Shown piece by piece: positions 10,421 to 24,760 of a stretch of 64,000 nucleotides of DNA. The stretch covers positions 43,834,001 to 43,898,000 of the forward strand of contig OZ024757.1 in the NCBI GenBank assembly GCA_964016885.1, in the 5' to 3' direction. Positions within the stretch are counted from its first letter, which is position 1; each line of letters begins with the position of its first letter. This stretch comes from Eledone cirrhosa (lineage: Eukaryota). Below the pieces are notes generated by a model, which saw nothing but the letters and a program-made list of their open reading frames with translations, was not told where the DNA came from and searched no databases. The position numbers and the translations under genes are program-made.

Positions 10421-13400
10421 GCAGCAGTTTCTTGCTCTCAATTAACCCTAAAACTAGCCGTAACGCTAACAGTAACACTAACCGTAACACTAACTTATGC
10501 AGGCCTAGGTAAAGACGAGAAAGATAAAACAAGGAGTGATGCTATTTGAATTTTGTGATGCAAGTGTTTTAACCATTTGCAAAACCAACTTCCGCAAACC
10601 TGCCAACTGCCTAATAACCTACAAATTAGGCAAGCACAGAAGCCGGATTTCTCGGTAGTTAGGCAGCGAGACAGACAGATGGTGTGAAGTACCAGGGTGT
10701 GCCCCGGGGAGGACTGTTTCCCACAGCGTGGGTTGGTTGTTGGTGATGTCTCGGTGATCCTGAGACGGAGTGAGGAGGGTGTTTATAGGTAAATAGATAG
10801 ACTGATGCACAGATATCTGGATAGATTGATAGAGAGATAGATATATAGAGAGCATCATTATCATCGTCTGTTCATCATTTTACGTCCGCTTTTCCCTGCT
10901 TGAAAGGGTGGGACAGGTCCTCTTGAGCAAAGCATCTCTTCACTTGTCACGGTCCTTCGTCATCTCCTTGGTGAGTTTCAGCGATCTGAAGTCGGCTCTC
11001 ACCACCTCCACCCATGTTTTTCGTGGTCTTCCTCTACTGCGTCTCCCTTCTTTACCCAGCGCTCAACCTCCATGCGCATCACATGTCCATACCATCTCAG
11101 TCCTCTCTTGCACACCACAACTTATCCCTCTTAAACACAGTTTCTCTCTCAACTCGTTTATGCTTGGTCGTTCCCGCACATTGACATTGCACATCCAACG
11201 GAGCGTGCTTGCTTCCTTTCTCTCCAGCCATCGCATACCCTCTGCAGTTGCTGTCCATGTCTCACTACCATGCAGGGTCGCACATCTCGCATAGGCATCA
11301 TGTAACCACACTTTCGTACGCATATATATATTTGTATATATGTATATATATATATATATATGTGTGTATGTATATATATATATGTATGTATATATTTGTC
11401 CTGGCTATGACATTAAACTACATCCAGTGGCAAGGCTCAAGTTCAGGAGGAACTGTGGGGAACGTGGAGTTACCCCCTTAGTTGTCATAACTCCCAGGTC
11501 TGCTCTGGCCTGGTGTAGTAGTACCTGTTGGGGCCCCATTTATAGGTTAAATAATAAGATGACAGATCGGCGTACCCTATCAAAGGCCTTCTCTAGGTCA
11601 ACAAAGGCTAAGTATAGTGGCTTATTTTTCTCTAAGAACCTCTCTTGTAATTGTCTCATCAAGAAGAGGGCATCTGTTGTACTATTCCCAGGCACAAAAC
11701 CAAACTGCATCTCATCTAGTTTGACCCTTTCTCTAATTAGTTGTGCTAATATCCTTTCTGCCACTTTCATAACCTGATCCATCAGTTTTATATCCCTATA
11801 ATTTCTCCTCTCAAGAGCGTCCCCTTTACTTTTGCACTAGTCTTTGGGTATGACACTGCCATATATAGCCTGATTGATGATGTGTGCAACCAGTTTAGTG
11901 CCTACGTCCCCTGAGGCCTTCAGCATCTCAGCAACTATCTCCGATGGTCCAGCAGCCTCACCATTTTTCATTTCCTTAATCGCCTCTTGGACCCTATATT
12001 CGTTAATCTCAATTTTAAATGGACCTCTTGATAAGACGAAATGACCTGTATAATTTTTTTTTCATATTTAGATGGAATAGAAGAAAAAGAAGAGAAATGA
12101 AAGCAATGAAATTAAGTTTTAGAGAAAATATACGCCAACGACAATGGAGGTATGATTTCAGTTTAATCTTAACCTAATGACCACTTTACAGAGTGTACTG
12201 GGTGTGTCTTACCTCGCTATGTTTACTGTAAACCCTAGATAACGAATGCCTTGTTGAGTGTTGTGAATTGTGAACGTGAGGTTGTGTTGTGGGGTTGCTT
12301 GGTGAGTTTGCATTATGATGTAGCTTTGTGAGGCTTTGTTGTGAATTGATAAATATTTGAAAACACACCTCTGTCCCTCAACAGTCAGTCAGTCATTTTC
12401 TACTAAAACTCATTGATGCGAGTCCCTAGCATTGTATCTGTAAGTACATTATGACTATTTTCTCTTGGTGGACTTGACATTCAAAGATATTTGTATATAT
12501 TTTGTTGATGTTGTTTGTTAGTTAGGAAATTGCTTAAAAGCTACTTTGATCACAGCACTTTGTAAAGGCAACATATGTTTAAGATTCTTTTTTTCTTTTA
12601 TTTTTGTTATTCAGATGACAGAGAAGGCAAAGAAAGGCACAGAAGAAAAGAACAATGACGATTATTATTATTATTATTATTACTATTATTATTTGTTTTA
12701 TTATAATCAAAATATGCTGTTAGTTTGCCTGCTATCCCACTACGTGCCTGCTATCGCACTCGATCTTTTGTGTACGTTTTATATAATTTATGCCAGTTCC
12801 GTTTCTGCATATCGAACATGGCCATTTCCCTGACGGAATAGAGTTTTGTCCTCTTTTCTACTCATCAACACTCATTCGTGACACAAAGTACAGCGGCATC
12901 ATTGCGGACAGACTTAATCCCGATTTGCACTGACACACTGCCTTGCAGTACGGAACAGCGCACGTCGTCGAGCAGCCTCCTTGCATGCTAAGTACACCTG
13001 ACGTCTAGCTTCTCTCTTAGCGGCTGTATATTCTTCTCTACTCGCACTAATTTTGCCAGCATTCCATGCTAGTCTTTAGTCTCCAATGGCCCGATCTACC
13101 GTGCTGTCCCACCACCATGTCACTCTCTGTCTGGTTGGAACTCTGATCCAGCCACAAGTTTCATCAGTAACCTGCAGTAAGGTATCGCATAAGAAATTCC
13201 AGTTATCATCTATGTTGTACGACTCTAAATCGTCTTCTTTTTCATCATACACATATTGAAGGGCTTTCCTAAATTTGTATTTTAGTGAGAGCTCTTTTAG
13301 CTTCCAGACCTTTCTTTTTTCCACACCTTCCTGTATGTCTCATTCAGTCTCTTGCTTAATGAGATATCACTAACGACTAACCTATGCTGTGGGGTACATT

Positions 13401-14668
13401 CTTCCCCGGGGTATGCCTTTGTATTTGACACCATCTGCCTGTCCCGCTGCCTAACTAGCAAGAAGTCAATCTGGCTTATGTGCTTGCCTGATTTGTAGGT
13501 TATTAGGTGGTTGGCAGATTTGTGTAAGTTAGTGTTGTAGATGGTTAGTGCAATTGCATCGCAAAATTCAAGAAGTTTCACTGCTTCATTTCTTAAGCCG
13601 TAAGTGTGCCCAACATGTACATCAGTGTAACCATCGTAGAGCTGTCCAACATGACCATTGAAATCCCCTGCTAGCATAACGATGTCTCCGTCCTGTCATT
13701 GTGGCTGTTTGTAAAAATTGCTTGTAAATGCAGAATTTCTTGTCTTTACCTAGCAGCAGTTTCTTGCTCTCAATTAACCCTAAAACTAGCCGTAACGCTA
13801 ACAGTAACACTAACCGTAACACTAACTTATGCAGGCCTAGGTAAAGACGAGAAAGATAAAACAAGGAGTGATGCTATTTGAATTTTGTGATGCAAGTGTT
13901 TTAACCATTTGCAAAACCAACTTCCGCAAACCTGCCAACTGCCTAATAACCTACGAATTAGGCAAGCACAGAAGCCGGATTTCTCGGTAGTTAGGCAGCG
14001 AGACAGACAGATGGTGTGAAGTACCAGGGTGTGCCCCGGGGAGGACTGTTTCCCACAGCGTGGGTTGGTTGTTGGTGATGTCTCGGTGATCCTGAGACGG
14101 AGTGAGGAGGGTGTTTATAGGTAAATAGATAGACTGATGCACAGATATCTGGATAGATTGATAGAGAGATAGATATATAGAGAGCATCATTATCATCGTC
14201 TGTTCATCATTTTACGTCCGCTTTTCCCTGCTTGAAAGGGTGGGACAGGTCCTCTTGAGCAAAGCATCTCTTCACTTGTCACGGTCCTTCGTCATCTCCT
14301 TGGTGAGTTTCAGCGATCTGAAGTCGGCTCTCACCACCTCCACCCATGTTTTTCGTGGTCTTCCTCTACTGCGTCTCCCTTCTTTACCCAGCGCTCAACC
14401 TCCATGCGCATCACATGTCCATACCATCTCAGTCCTCTCTTGCACACCACAACTTATCCCTCTTAAACACAGTTTCTCTCTCAACTCGTTTATGCTTGGT
14501 CGTTCCCGCACATTGACATTGCACATCCAACGGAGCGTGCTTGCTTCATTTCTCTCCAGCCATCGCATACCCTCTGCAGTTGCTGTCCATGTTTCACTAC
14601 CATGCAGGGTCGCACATCTCGCATAGGCATCATGTAACCACACTTTCGTACGCATATATATATTTGTA

Positions 14669-14710
<42 letters not shown>

Positions 14711-17700
14711 TATATGTGTGTATGTATATATATGTATGTATATATTTGTCCTGGGTATGACATTAAACTACATCCAGTGGCAAGGCTCAAGTTCAGGAGG
14801 AACTGTGGGGAACATGGAGTTACCCCCTTAGTTGTCATAACTCCCAGGTCTGCTCTGGCCTGGTGTAGTAGTACCTGTTGGGGCCCCATTTATAGGTTAA
14901 ATAATAAGATGACAGATCGGCGTACCCTATCAAAGGCCTTCTCTAGGTCAACAAAGGCTAAGTATAGTGGCTTATTTTTCTCTAAGAACCTCTCTTGTAA
15001 TTGTCTCATCAAGAAGAGGGCATCTGTTGTACTATTCCCAGGCACAAAACCAAACTGCATCTCATCTAGTTTGACCCTTTCTCTAATTAGTTGTGCTAAT
15101 ATCCTTTCTGCCACTTTCATAACCTGATCCATCAGTTTTATATCCCTATAATTTCTCCTCTCAAGAGCGTCCCCTTTACTTTTGCACTAGTCTTTGGGTA
15201 TGACACTGCCATATATAGCCTGATTGATGATGTGTGCAACCAGTTTAGTGCCTACGTCCCCTGAGGCCTTCAGCATCTCAGCAACTATCTCCGATGGTCC
15301 AGCAGCCTCACCATTTTTCATTTCCTTAATCGCCTCTTGGACCCTATATTCGTTAATCTCAATTTTAAATGGACCTCTTGATAAGACGAAATGACCTGTA
15401 TAATTTTTTTTTCATATTTAGATGGAATAGAAGAAAAAGAAGAGAAATGAAAGCAATGAAATTAAGTTTTAGAGAAAATATACGCCAACGACAATGGAGG
15501 TATGATTTCAGTTTAATCTTAACCTAATGACCACTTTACAGAGTGTACTGGGTGTGTCTTACCTCGCTATGTTTACTGTAAACCCTAGATAACGAATGCC
15601 TTGTTGAGTGTTGTGAATTGTGAACGTGAGGTTGTGTTGTGGGGTTGCTTGGTGAGTTTGCATTATGATGTAGCTTTGTGAGGCTTTGTTGTGAATTGAT
15701 AAATATTTGAAAACACACCTCTGTCCCTCAACAGTCAGTCAGTCATTTTCTACTAAAACTCATTGATGCGAGTCCCTAGCATTGTATCTGTAAGTACATT
15801 ATGACTATTTTCTCTTGGTGGACTTGACATTCAAAGATATTTGTATATATTTTGTTGATGTTGTTTGTTAGTTAGGAAATTGCTTAAAAGCTACTTTGAT
15901 CACAGCACTTTGTAAAGGCAACATATGTTTAAGATTCTTTTTTTCTTTTATTTTTGTTATTCAGATGACAGAGAAGGCAAAGAAAGGCACAGAAGAAAAG
16001 AACAATGACGATTATTATTATTATTATTATTACTATTATTATTTGTTTTATTATAATCAAAATATGCTGTTAGTTTGCCTGCTATCCCACTACGTGCCTG
16101 CTATCGCACTCGATCTTTTGTGTACGTTTTATATAATTTATGCCAGTTCCGTTTCTGCATATCGAACATGGCCATTTCCCTGACGGAATAGAGTTTTGTC
16201 CTCTTTTCTACTCATCAACACTCATTCGTGACACAAAGTACAGCGGCATCATTGCGGACAGACTTAATCCCGATTTGCACTGACACACTGCCTTGCAGTA
16301 CGGAACAGCGCACGTCGTCGAGCAGCCTCCTTGCATGCTAAGTACACCTGACGTCTAGCTTCTCTCTTAGCGGCTGTATATTCTTCTCTACTCGCACTAA
16401 TTTTGCCAGCATTCCATGCTAGTCTTTAGTCTCCAATGGCCCGATCTACCGTGCTGTCCCACCACCATGTCACTCTCTGTCTGGTTGGAACTCTGATCCA
16501 GCCACAAGTTTCATCAGTAACCTGCAGTAAGGTATCGCATAAGAAATTCCAGTTATCATCTATGTTGTACGACTCTAAATCGTCTTCTTTTTCATCATAC
16601 ACATATTGAAGGGCTTTCCTAAATTTGTATTTTAGTGAGAGCTCTTTTAGCTTCCAGACCTTTCTTTTTTCCACACCTTCCTGTATGTCTCATTCAGTCT
16701 CTTGCTTAATGAGATATCACTAACGACTAACCTATGCTGTGGGGTACATTCTTCCCCGGGGTATGCCTTTGTATTTGACACCATCTGCCTGTCCCGCTGC
16801 CTAACTAGCAAGAAGTCAATCTGGCTTATGTGCTTGCCTGATTTGTAGGTTATTAGGTGGTTGGCAGATTTGTGTAAGTTAGTGTTGTAGATGGTTAGTG
16901 CAATTGCATCGCAAAATTCAAGAAGTTTCACTGCTTCATTTCTTAAGCCGTAAGTGTGCCCAACATGTACATCAGTGTAACCATCGTAGAGCTGTCCAAC
17001 ATGACCATTGAAATCCCCTGCTAGCATAACGATGTCTCCGTCCTGTCATTGTGGCTGTTTGTAAAAATTGCTTGTAAATGCAGAATTTCTTGTCTTTACC
17101 TAGCAGCAGTTTCTTGCTCTCAATTAACCCTAAAACTAGCCGTAACGCTAACAGTAACACTAACCGTAACACTAACTTATGCAGGCCTAGGTAAAGACGA
17201 GAAAGATAAAACAAGGAGTGATGCTATTTGAATTTTGTGATGCAAGTGTTTTAACCATTTGCAAAACCAACTTCCGCAAACCTGCCAACTGCCTAATAAC
17301 CTACGAATTAGGCAAGCACAGAAGCCGGATTTCTCGGTAGTTAGGCAGCGAGACAGACAGATGGTGTGAAGTACCAGGGTGTGCCCCGGGGAGGACTGTT
17401 TCCCACAGCGTGGGTTGGTTGTTGGTGATGTCTCGGTGATCCTGAGACGGAGTGAGGAGGGTGTTTATAGGTAAATAGATAGACTGATGCACAGATATCT
17501 GGATAGATTGATAGAGAGATAGATATATAGAGAGCATCATTATCATCGTCTGTTCATCATTTTACGTCCGCTTTTCCCTGCTTGAAAGGGTGGGACAGGT
17601 CCTCTTGAGCAAAGCATCTCTTCACTTGTCACGGTCCTTCGTCATCTCCTTGGTGAGTTTCAGCGATCTGAAGTCGGCTCTCACCACCTCCACCCATGTT

Positions 17701-18018
17701 TTTCGTGGTCTTCCTCTACTGCGTCTCCCTTCTTTACCCAGCGCTCAACCTCCATGCGCATCACATGTCCATACCATCTCAGTCCTCTCTTGCACACCAC
17801 AACTTATCCCTCTTAAACACAGTTTCTCTCTCAACTCGTTTATGCTTGGTCGTTCCCGCACATTGACATTGCACATCCAACGGAGCGTGCTTGCTTCATT
17901 TCTCTCCAGCCATCGCATACCCTCTGCAGTTGCTGTCCATGTTTCACTACCATGCAGGGTCGCACATCTCGCATAGGCATCATGTAACCACACTTTCGTA
18001 CGCATATATATATTTGTA

Positions 18019-18060
<42 letters not shown>

Positions 18061-21000
18061 TATATGTGTGTATGTATATATATGTATGTATATATTTGTC
18101 CTGGGTATGACATTAAACTACATCCAGTGGCAAGGCTCAAGTTCAGGAGGAACTGTGGGGAACATGGAGTTACCCCCTTAGTTGTCATAACTCCCAGGTC
18201 TGCTCTGGCCTGGTGTAGTAGTACCTGTTGGGGCCCCATTTATAGGTTAAATAATAAGATGACAGATCGGCGTACCCTATCAAAGGCCTTCTCTAGGTCA
18301 ACAAAGGCTAAGTATAGTGGCTTATTTTTCTCTAAGAACCTCTCTTGTAATTGTCTCATCAAGAAGAGGGCATCTGTTGTACTATTCCCAGGCACAAAAC
18401 CAAACTGCATCTCATCTAGTTTGACCCTTTCTCTAATTAGTTGTGCTAATATCCTTTCTGCCACTTTCATAACCTGATCCATCAGTTTTATATCCCTATA
18501 ATTTCTCCTCTCAAGAGCGTCCCCTTTACTTTTGCACTAGTCTTTGGGTATGACACTGCCATATATAGCCTGATTGATGATGTGTGCAACCAGTTTAGTG
18601 CCTACGTCCCCTGAGGCCTTCAGCATCTCAGCAACTATCTCCGATGGTCCAGCAGCCTCACCATTTTTCATTTCCTTAATCGCCTCTTGGACCCTATATT
18701 CGTTAATCTCAATTTTAAATGGACCTCTTGATAAGACGAAATGACCTGTATAATTTTTTTTTCATATTTAGATGGAATAGAAGAAAAAGAAGAGAAATGA
18801 AAGCAATGAAATTAAGTTTTAGAGAAAATATACGCCAACGACAATGGAGGTATGATTTCAGTTTAATCTTAACCTAATGACCACTTTACAGAGTGTACTG
18901 GGTGTGTCTTACCTCGCTATGTTTACTGTAAACCCTAGATAACGAATGCCTTGTTGAGTGTTGTGAATTGTGAACGTGAGGTTGTGTTGTGGGGTTGCTT
19001 GGTGAGTTTGCATTATGATGTAGCTTTGTGAGGCTTTGTTGTGAATTGATAAATATTTGAAAACACACCTCTGTCCCTCAACAGTCAGTCAGTCATTTTC
19101 TACTAAAACTCATTGATGCGAGTCCCTAGCATTGTATCTGTAAGTACATTATGACTATTTTCTCTTGGTGGACTTGACATTCAAAGATATTTGTATATAT
19201 TTTGTTGATGTTGTTTGTTAGTTAGGAAATTGCTTAAAAGCTACTTTGATCACAGCACTTTGTAAAGGCAACATATGTTTAAGATTCTTTTTTTCTTTTA
19301 TTTTTGTTATTCAGATGACAGAGAAGGCAAAGAAAGGCACAGAAGAAAAGAACAATGACGATTATTATTATTATTATTATTACTATTATTATTTGTTTTA
19401 TTATAATCAAAATATGCTGTTAGTTTGCCTGCTATCCCACTACGTGCCTGCTATCGCACTCGATCTTTTGTGTACGTTTTATATAATTTATGCCAGTTCC
19501 GTTTCTGCATATCGAACATGGCCATTTCCCTGACGGAATAGAGTTTTGTCCTCTTTTCTACTCATCAACACTCATTCGTGACACAAAGTACAGCGGCATC
19601 ATTGCGGACAGACTTAATCCCGATTTGCACTGACACACTGCCTTGCAGTACGGAACAGCGCACGTCGTCGAGCAGCCTCCTTGCATGCTAAGTACACCTG
19701 ACGTCTAGCTTCTCTCTTAGCGGCTGTATATTCTTCTCTACTCGCACTAATTTTGCCAGCATTCCATGCTAGTCTTTAGTCTCCAATGGCCCGATCTACC
19801 GTGCTGTCCCACCACCATGTCACTCTCTGTCTGGTTGGAACTCTGATCCAGCCACAAGTTTCATCAGTAACCTGCAGTAAGGTATCGCATAAGAAATTCC
19901 AGTTATCATCTATGTTGTACGACTCTAAATCGTCTTCTTTTTCATCATACACATATTGAAGGGCTTTCCTAAATTTGTATTTTAGTGAGAGCTCTTTTAG
20001 CTTCCAGACCTTTCTTTTTTCCACACCTTCCTGTATGTCTCATTCAGTCTCTTGCTTAATGAGATATCACTAACGACTAACCTATGCTGTGGGGTACATT
20101 CTTCCCCGGGGTATGCCTTTGTATTTGACACCATCTGCCTGTCCCGCTGCCTAACTAGCAAGAAGTCAATCTGGCTTATGTGCTTGCCTGATTTGTAGGT
20201 TATTAGGTGGTTGGCAGATTTGTGTAAGTTAGTGTTGTAGATGGTTAGTGCAATTGCATCGCAAAATTCAAGAAGTTTCACTGCTTCATTTCTTAAGCCG
20301 TAAGTGTGCCCAACATGTACATCAGTGTAACCATCGTAGAGCTGTCCAACATGACCATTGAAATCCCCTGCTAGCATAACGATGTCTCCGTCCTGTCATT
20401 GTGGCTGTTTGTAAAAATTGCTTGTAAATGCAGAATTTCTTGTCTTTACCTAGCAGCAGTTTCTTGCTCTCAATTAACCCTAAAACTAGCCGTAACGCTA
20501 ACAGTAACACTAACCGTAACACTAACTTATGCAGGCCTAGGTAAAGACGAGAAAGATAAAACAAGGAGTGATGCTATTTGAATTTTGTGATGCAAGTGTT
20601 TTAACCATTTGCAAAACCAACTTCCGCAAACCTGCCAACTGCCTAATAACCTACGAATTAGGCAAGCACAGAAGCCGGATTTCTCGGTAGTTAGGCAGCG
20701 AGACAGACAGATGGTGTGAAGTACCAGGGTGTGCCCCGGGGAGGACTGTTTCCCACAGCGTGGGTTGGTTGTTGGTGATGTCTCGGTGATCCTGAGACGG
20801 AGTGAGGAGGGTGTTTATAGGTAAATAGATAGACTGATGCACAGATATCTGGATAGATTGATAGAGAGATAGATATATAGAGAGCATCATTATCATCGTC
20901 TGTTCATCATTTTACGTCCGCTTTTCCCTGCTTGAAAGGGTGGGACAGGTCCTCTTGAGCAAAGCATCTCTTCACTTGTCACGGTCCTTCGTCATCTCCT

Positions 21001-21368
21001 TGGTGAGTTTCAGCGATCTGAAGTCGGCTCTCACCACCTCCACCCATGTTTTTCGTGGTCTTCCTCTACTGCGTCTCCCTTCTTTACCCAGCGCTCAACC
21101 TCCATGCGCATCACATGTCCATACCATCTCAGTCCTCTCTTGCACACCACAACTTATCCCTCTTAAACACAGTTTCTCTCTCAACTCGTTTATGCTTGGT
21201 CGTTCCCGCACATTGACATTGCACATCCAACGGAGCGTGCTTGCTTCATTTCTCTCCAGCCATCGCATACCCTCTGCAGTTGCTGTCCATGTTTCACTAC
21301 CATGCAGGGTCGCACATCTCGCATAGGCATCATGTAACCACACTTTCGTACGCATATATATATTTGTA

Positions 21369-21410
<42 letters not shown>

Positions 21411-24400
21411 TATATGTGTGTATGTATATATATGTATGTATATATTTGTCCTGGGTATGACATTAAACTACATCCAGTGGCAAGGCTCAAGTTCAGGAGG
21501 AACTGTGGGGAACATGGAGTTACCCCCTTAGTTGTCATAACTCCCAGGTCTGCTCTGGCCTGGTGTAGTAGTACCTGTTGGGGCCCCATTTATAGGTTAA
21601 ATAATAAGATGACAGATCGGCGTACCCTATCAAAGGCCTTCTCTAGGTCAACAAAGGCTAAGTATAGTGGCTTATTTTTCTCTAAGAACCTCTCTTGTAA
21701 TTGTCTCATCAAGAAGAGGGCATCTGTTGTACTATTCCCAGGCACAAAACCAAACTGCATCTCATCTAGTTTGACCCTTTCTCTAATTAGTTGTGCTAAT
21801 ATCCTTTCTGCCACTTTCATAACCTGATCCATCAGTTTTATATCCCTATAATTTCTCCTCTCAAGAGCGTCCCCTTTACTTTTGCACTAGTCTTTGGGTA
21901 TGACACTGCCATATATAGCCTGATTGATGATGTGTGCAACCAGTTTAGTGCCTACGTCCCCTGAGGCCTTCAGCATCTCAGCAACTATCTCCGATGGTCC
22001 AGCAGCCTCACCATTTTTCATTTCCTTAATCGCCTCTTGGACCCTATATTCGTTAATCTCAATTTTAAATGGACCTCTTGATAAGACGAAATGACCTGTA
22101 TAATTTTTTTTTCATATTTAGATGGAATAGAAGAAAAAGAAGAGAAATGAAAGCAATGAAATTAAGTTTTAGAGAAAATATACGCCAACGACAATGGAGG
22201 TATGATTTCAGTTTAATCTTAACCTAATGACCACTTTACAGAGTGTACTGGGTGTGTCTTACCTCGCTATGTTTACTGTAAACCCTAGATAACGAATGCC
22301 TTGTTGAGTGTTGTGAATTGTGAACGTGAGGTTGTGTTGTGGGGTTGCTTGGTGAGTTTGCATTATGATGTAGCTTTGTGAGGCTTTGTTGTGAATTGAT
22401 AAATATTTGAAAACACACCTCTGTCCCTCAACAGTCAGTCAGTCATTTTCTACTAAAACTCATTGATGCGAGTCCCTAGCATTGTATCTGTAAGTACATT
22501 ATGACTATTTTCTCTTGGTGGACTTGACATTCAAAGATATTTGTATATATTTTGTTGATGTTGTTTGTTAGTTAGGAAATTGCTTAAAAGCTACTTTGAT
22601 CACAGCACTTTGTAAAGGCAACATATGTTTAAGATTCTTTTTTTCTTTTATTTTTGTTATTCAGATGACAGAGAAGGCAAAGAAAGGCACAGAAGAAAAG
22701 AACAATGACGATTATTATTATTATTATTATTACTATTATTATTTGTTTTATTATAATCAAAATATGCTGTTAGTTTGCCTGCTATCCCACTACGTGCCTG
22801 CTATCGCACTCGATCTTTTGTGTACGTTTTATATAATTTATGCCAGTTCCGTTTCTGCATATCGAACATGGCCATTTCCCTGACGGAATAGAGTTTTGTC
22901 CTCTTTTCTACTCATCAACACTCATTCGTGACACAAAGTACAGCGGCATCATTGCGGACAGACTTAATCCCGATTTGCACTGACACACTGCCTTGCAGTA
23001 CGGAACAGCGCACGTCGTCGAGCAGCCTCCTTGCATGCTAAGTACACCTGACGTCTAGCTTCTCTCTTAGCGGCTGTATATTCTTCTCTACTCGCACTAA
23101 TTTTGCCAGCATTCCATGCTAGTCTTTAGTCTCCAATGGCCCGATCTACCGTGCTGTCCCACCACCATGTCACTCTCTGTCTGGTTGGAACTCTGATCCA
23201 GCCACAAGTTTCATCAGTAACCTGCAGTAAGGTATCGCATAAGAAATTCCAGTTATCATCTATGTTGTACGACTCTAAATCGTCTTCTTTTTCATCATAC
23301 ACATATTGAAGGGCTTTCCTAAATTTGTATTTTAGTGAGAGCTCTTTTAGCTTCCAGACCTTTCTTTTTTCCACACCTTCCTGTATGTCTCATTCAGTCT
23401 CTTGCTTAATGAGATATCACTAACGACTAACCTATGCTGTGGGGTACATTCTTCCCCGGGGTATGCCTTTGTATTTGACACCATCTGCCTGTCCCGCTGC
23501 CTAACTAGCAAGAAGTCAATCTGGCTTATGTGCTTGCCTGATTTGTAGGTTATTAGGTGGTTGGCAGATTTGTGTAAGTTAGTGTTGTAGATGGTTAGTG
23601 CAATTGCATCGCAAAATTCAAGAAGTTTCACTGCTTCATTTCTTAAGCCGTAAGTGTGCCCAACATGTACATCAGTGTAACCATCGTAGAGCTGTCCAAC
23701 ATGACCATTGAAATCCCCTGCTAGCATAACGATGTCTCCGTCCTGTCATTGTGGCTGTTTGTAAAAATTGCTTGTAAATGCAGAATTTCTTGTCTTTACC
23801 TAGCAGCAGTTTCTTGCTCTCAATTAACCCTAAAACTAGCCGTAACGCTAACAGTAACACTAACCGTAACACTAACTTATGCAGGCCTAGGTAAAGACGA
23901 GAAAGATAAAACAAGGAGTGATGCTATTTGAATTTTGTGATGCAAGTGTTTTAACCATTTGCAAAACCAACTTCCGCAAACCTGCCAACTGCCTAATAAC
24001 CTACGAATTAGGCAAGCACAGAAGCCGGATTTCTCGGTAGTTAGGCAGCGAGACAGACAGATGGTGTGAAGTACCAGGGTGTGCCCCGGGGAGGACTGTT
24101 TCCCACAGCGTGGGTTGGTTGTTGGTGATGTCTCGGTGATCCTGAGACGGAGTGAGGAGGGTGTTTATAGGTAAATAGATAGACTGATGCACAGATATCT
24201 GGATAGATTGATAGAGAGATAGATATATAGAGAGCATCATTATCATCGTCTGTTCATCATTTTACGTCCGCTTTTCCCTGCTTGAAAGGGTGGGACAGGT
24301 CCTCTTGAGCAAAGCATCTCTTCACTTGTCACGGTCCTTCGTCATCTCCTTGGTGAGTTTCAGCGATCTGAAGTCGGCTCTCACCACCTCCACCCATGTT

Positions 24401-24718
24401 TTTCGTGGTCTTCCTCTACTGCGTCTCCCTTCTTTACCCAGCGCTCAACCTCCATGCGCATCACATGTCCATACCATCTCAGTCCTCTCTTGCACACCAC
24501 AACTTATCCCTCTTAAACACAGTTTCTCTCTCAACTCGTTTATGCTTGGTCGTTCCCGCACATTGACATTGCACATCCAACGGAGCGTGCTTGCTTCATT
24601 TCTCTCCAGCCATCGCATACCCTCTGCAGTTGCTGTCCATGTTTCACTACCATGCAGGGTCGCACATCTCGCATAGGCATCATGTAACCACACTTTCGTA
24701 CGCATATATATATTTGTA

Positions 24719-24760
<42 letters not shown>

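Noticed and set aside
12185-12232. Imperfect hairpin as pre-miRNA; aaaccctagataacgaa resembling miR-10/100
   Set aside because: Many bulges and G-U pairs; seed does not match.
13736-13854. MITE with 18-bp TIRs
   Set aside because: Arms are RTE EN coding sequence (LGKD.K) belonging to the larger inverted pair.
12013-15362. snRNA/tRNA/5S gene as the reason for the tandem array
   Set aside because: No recognisable U1/U2/U4/U5/U6, 5S or tRNA sequence, and no hammerhead, found by eye in the unit.
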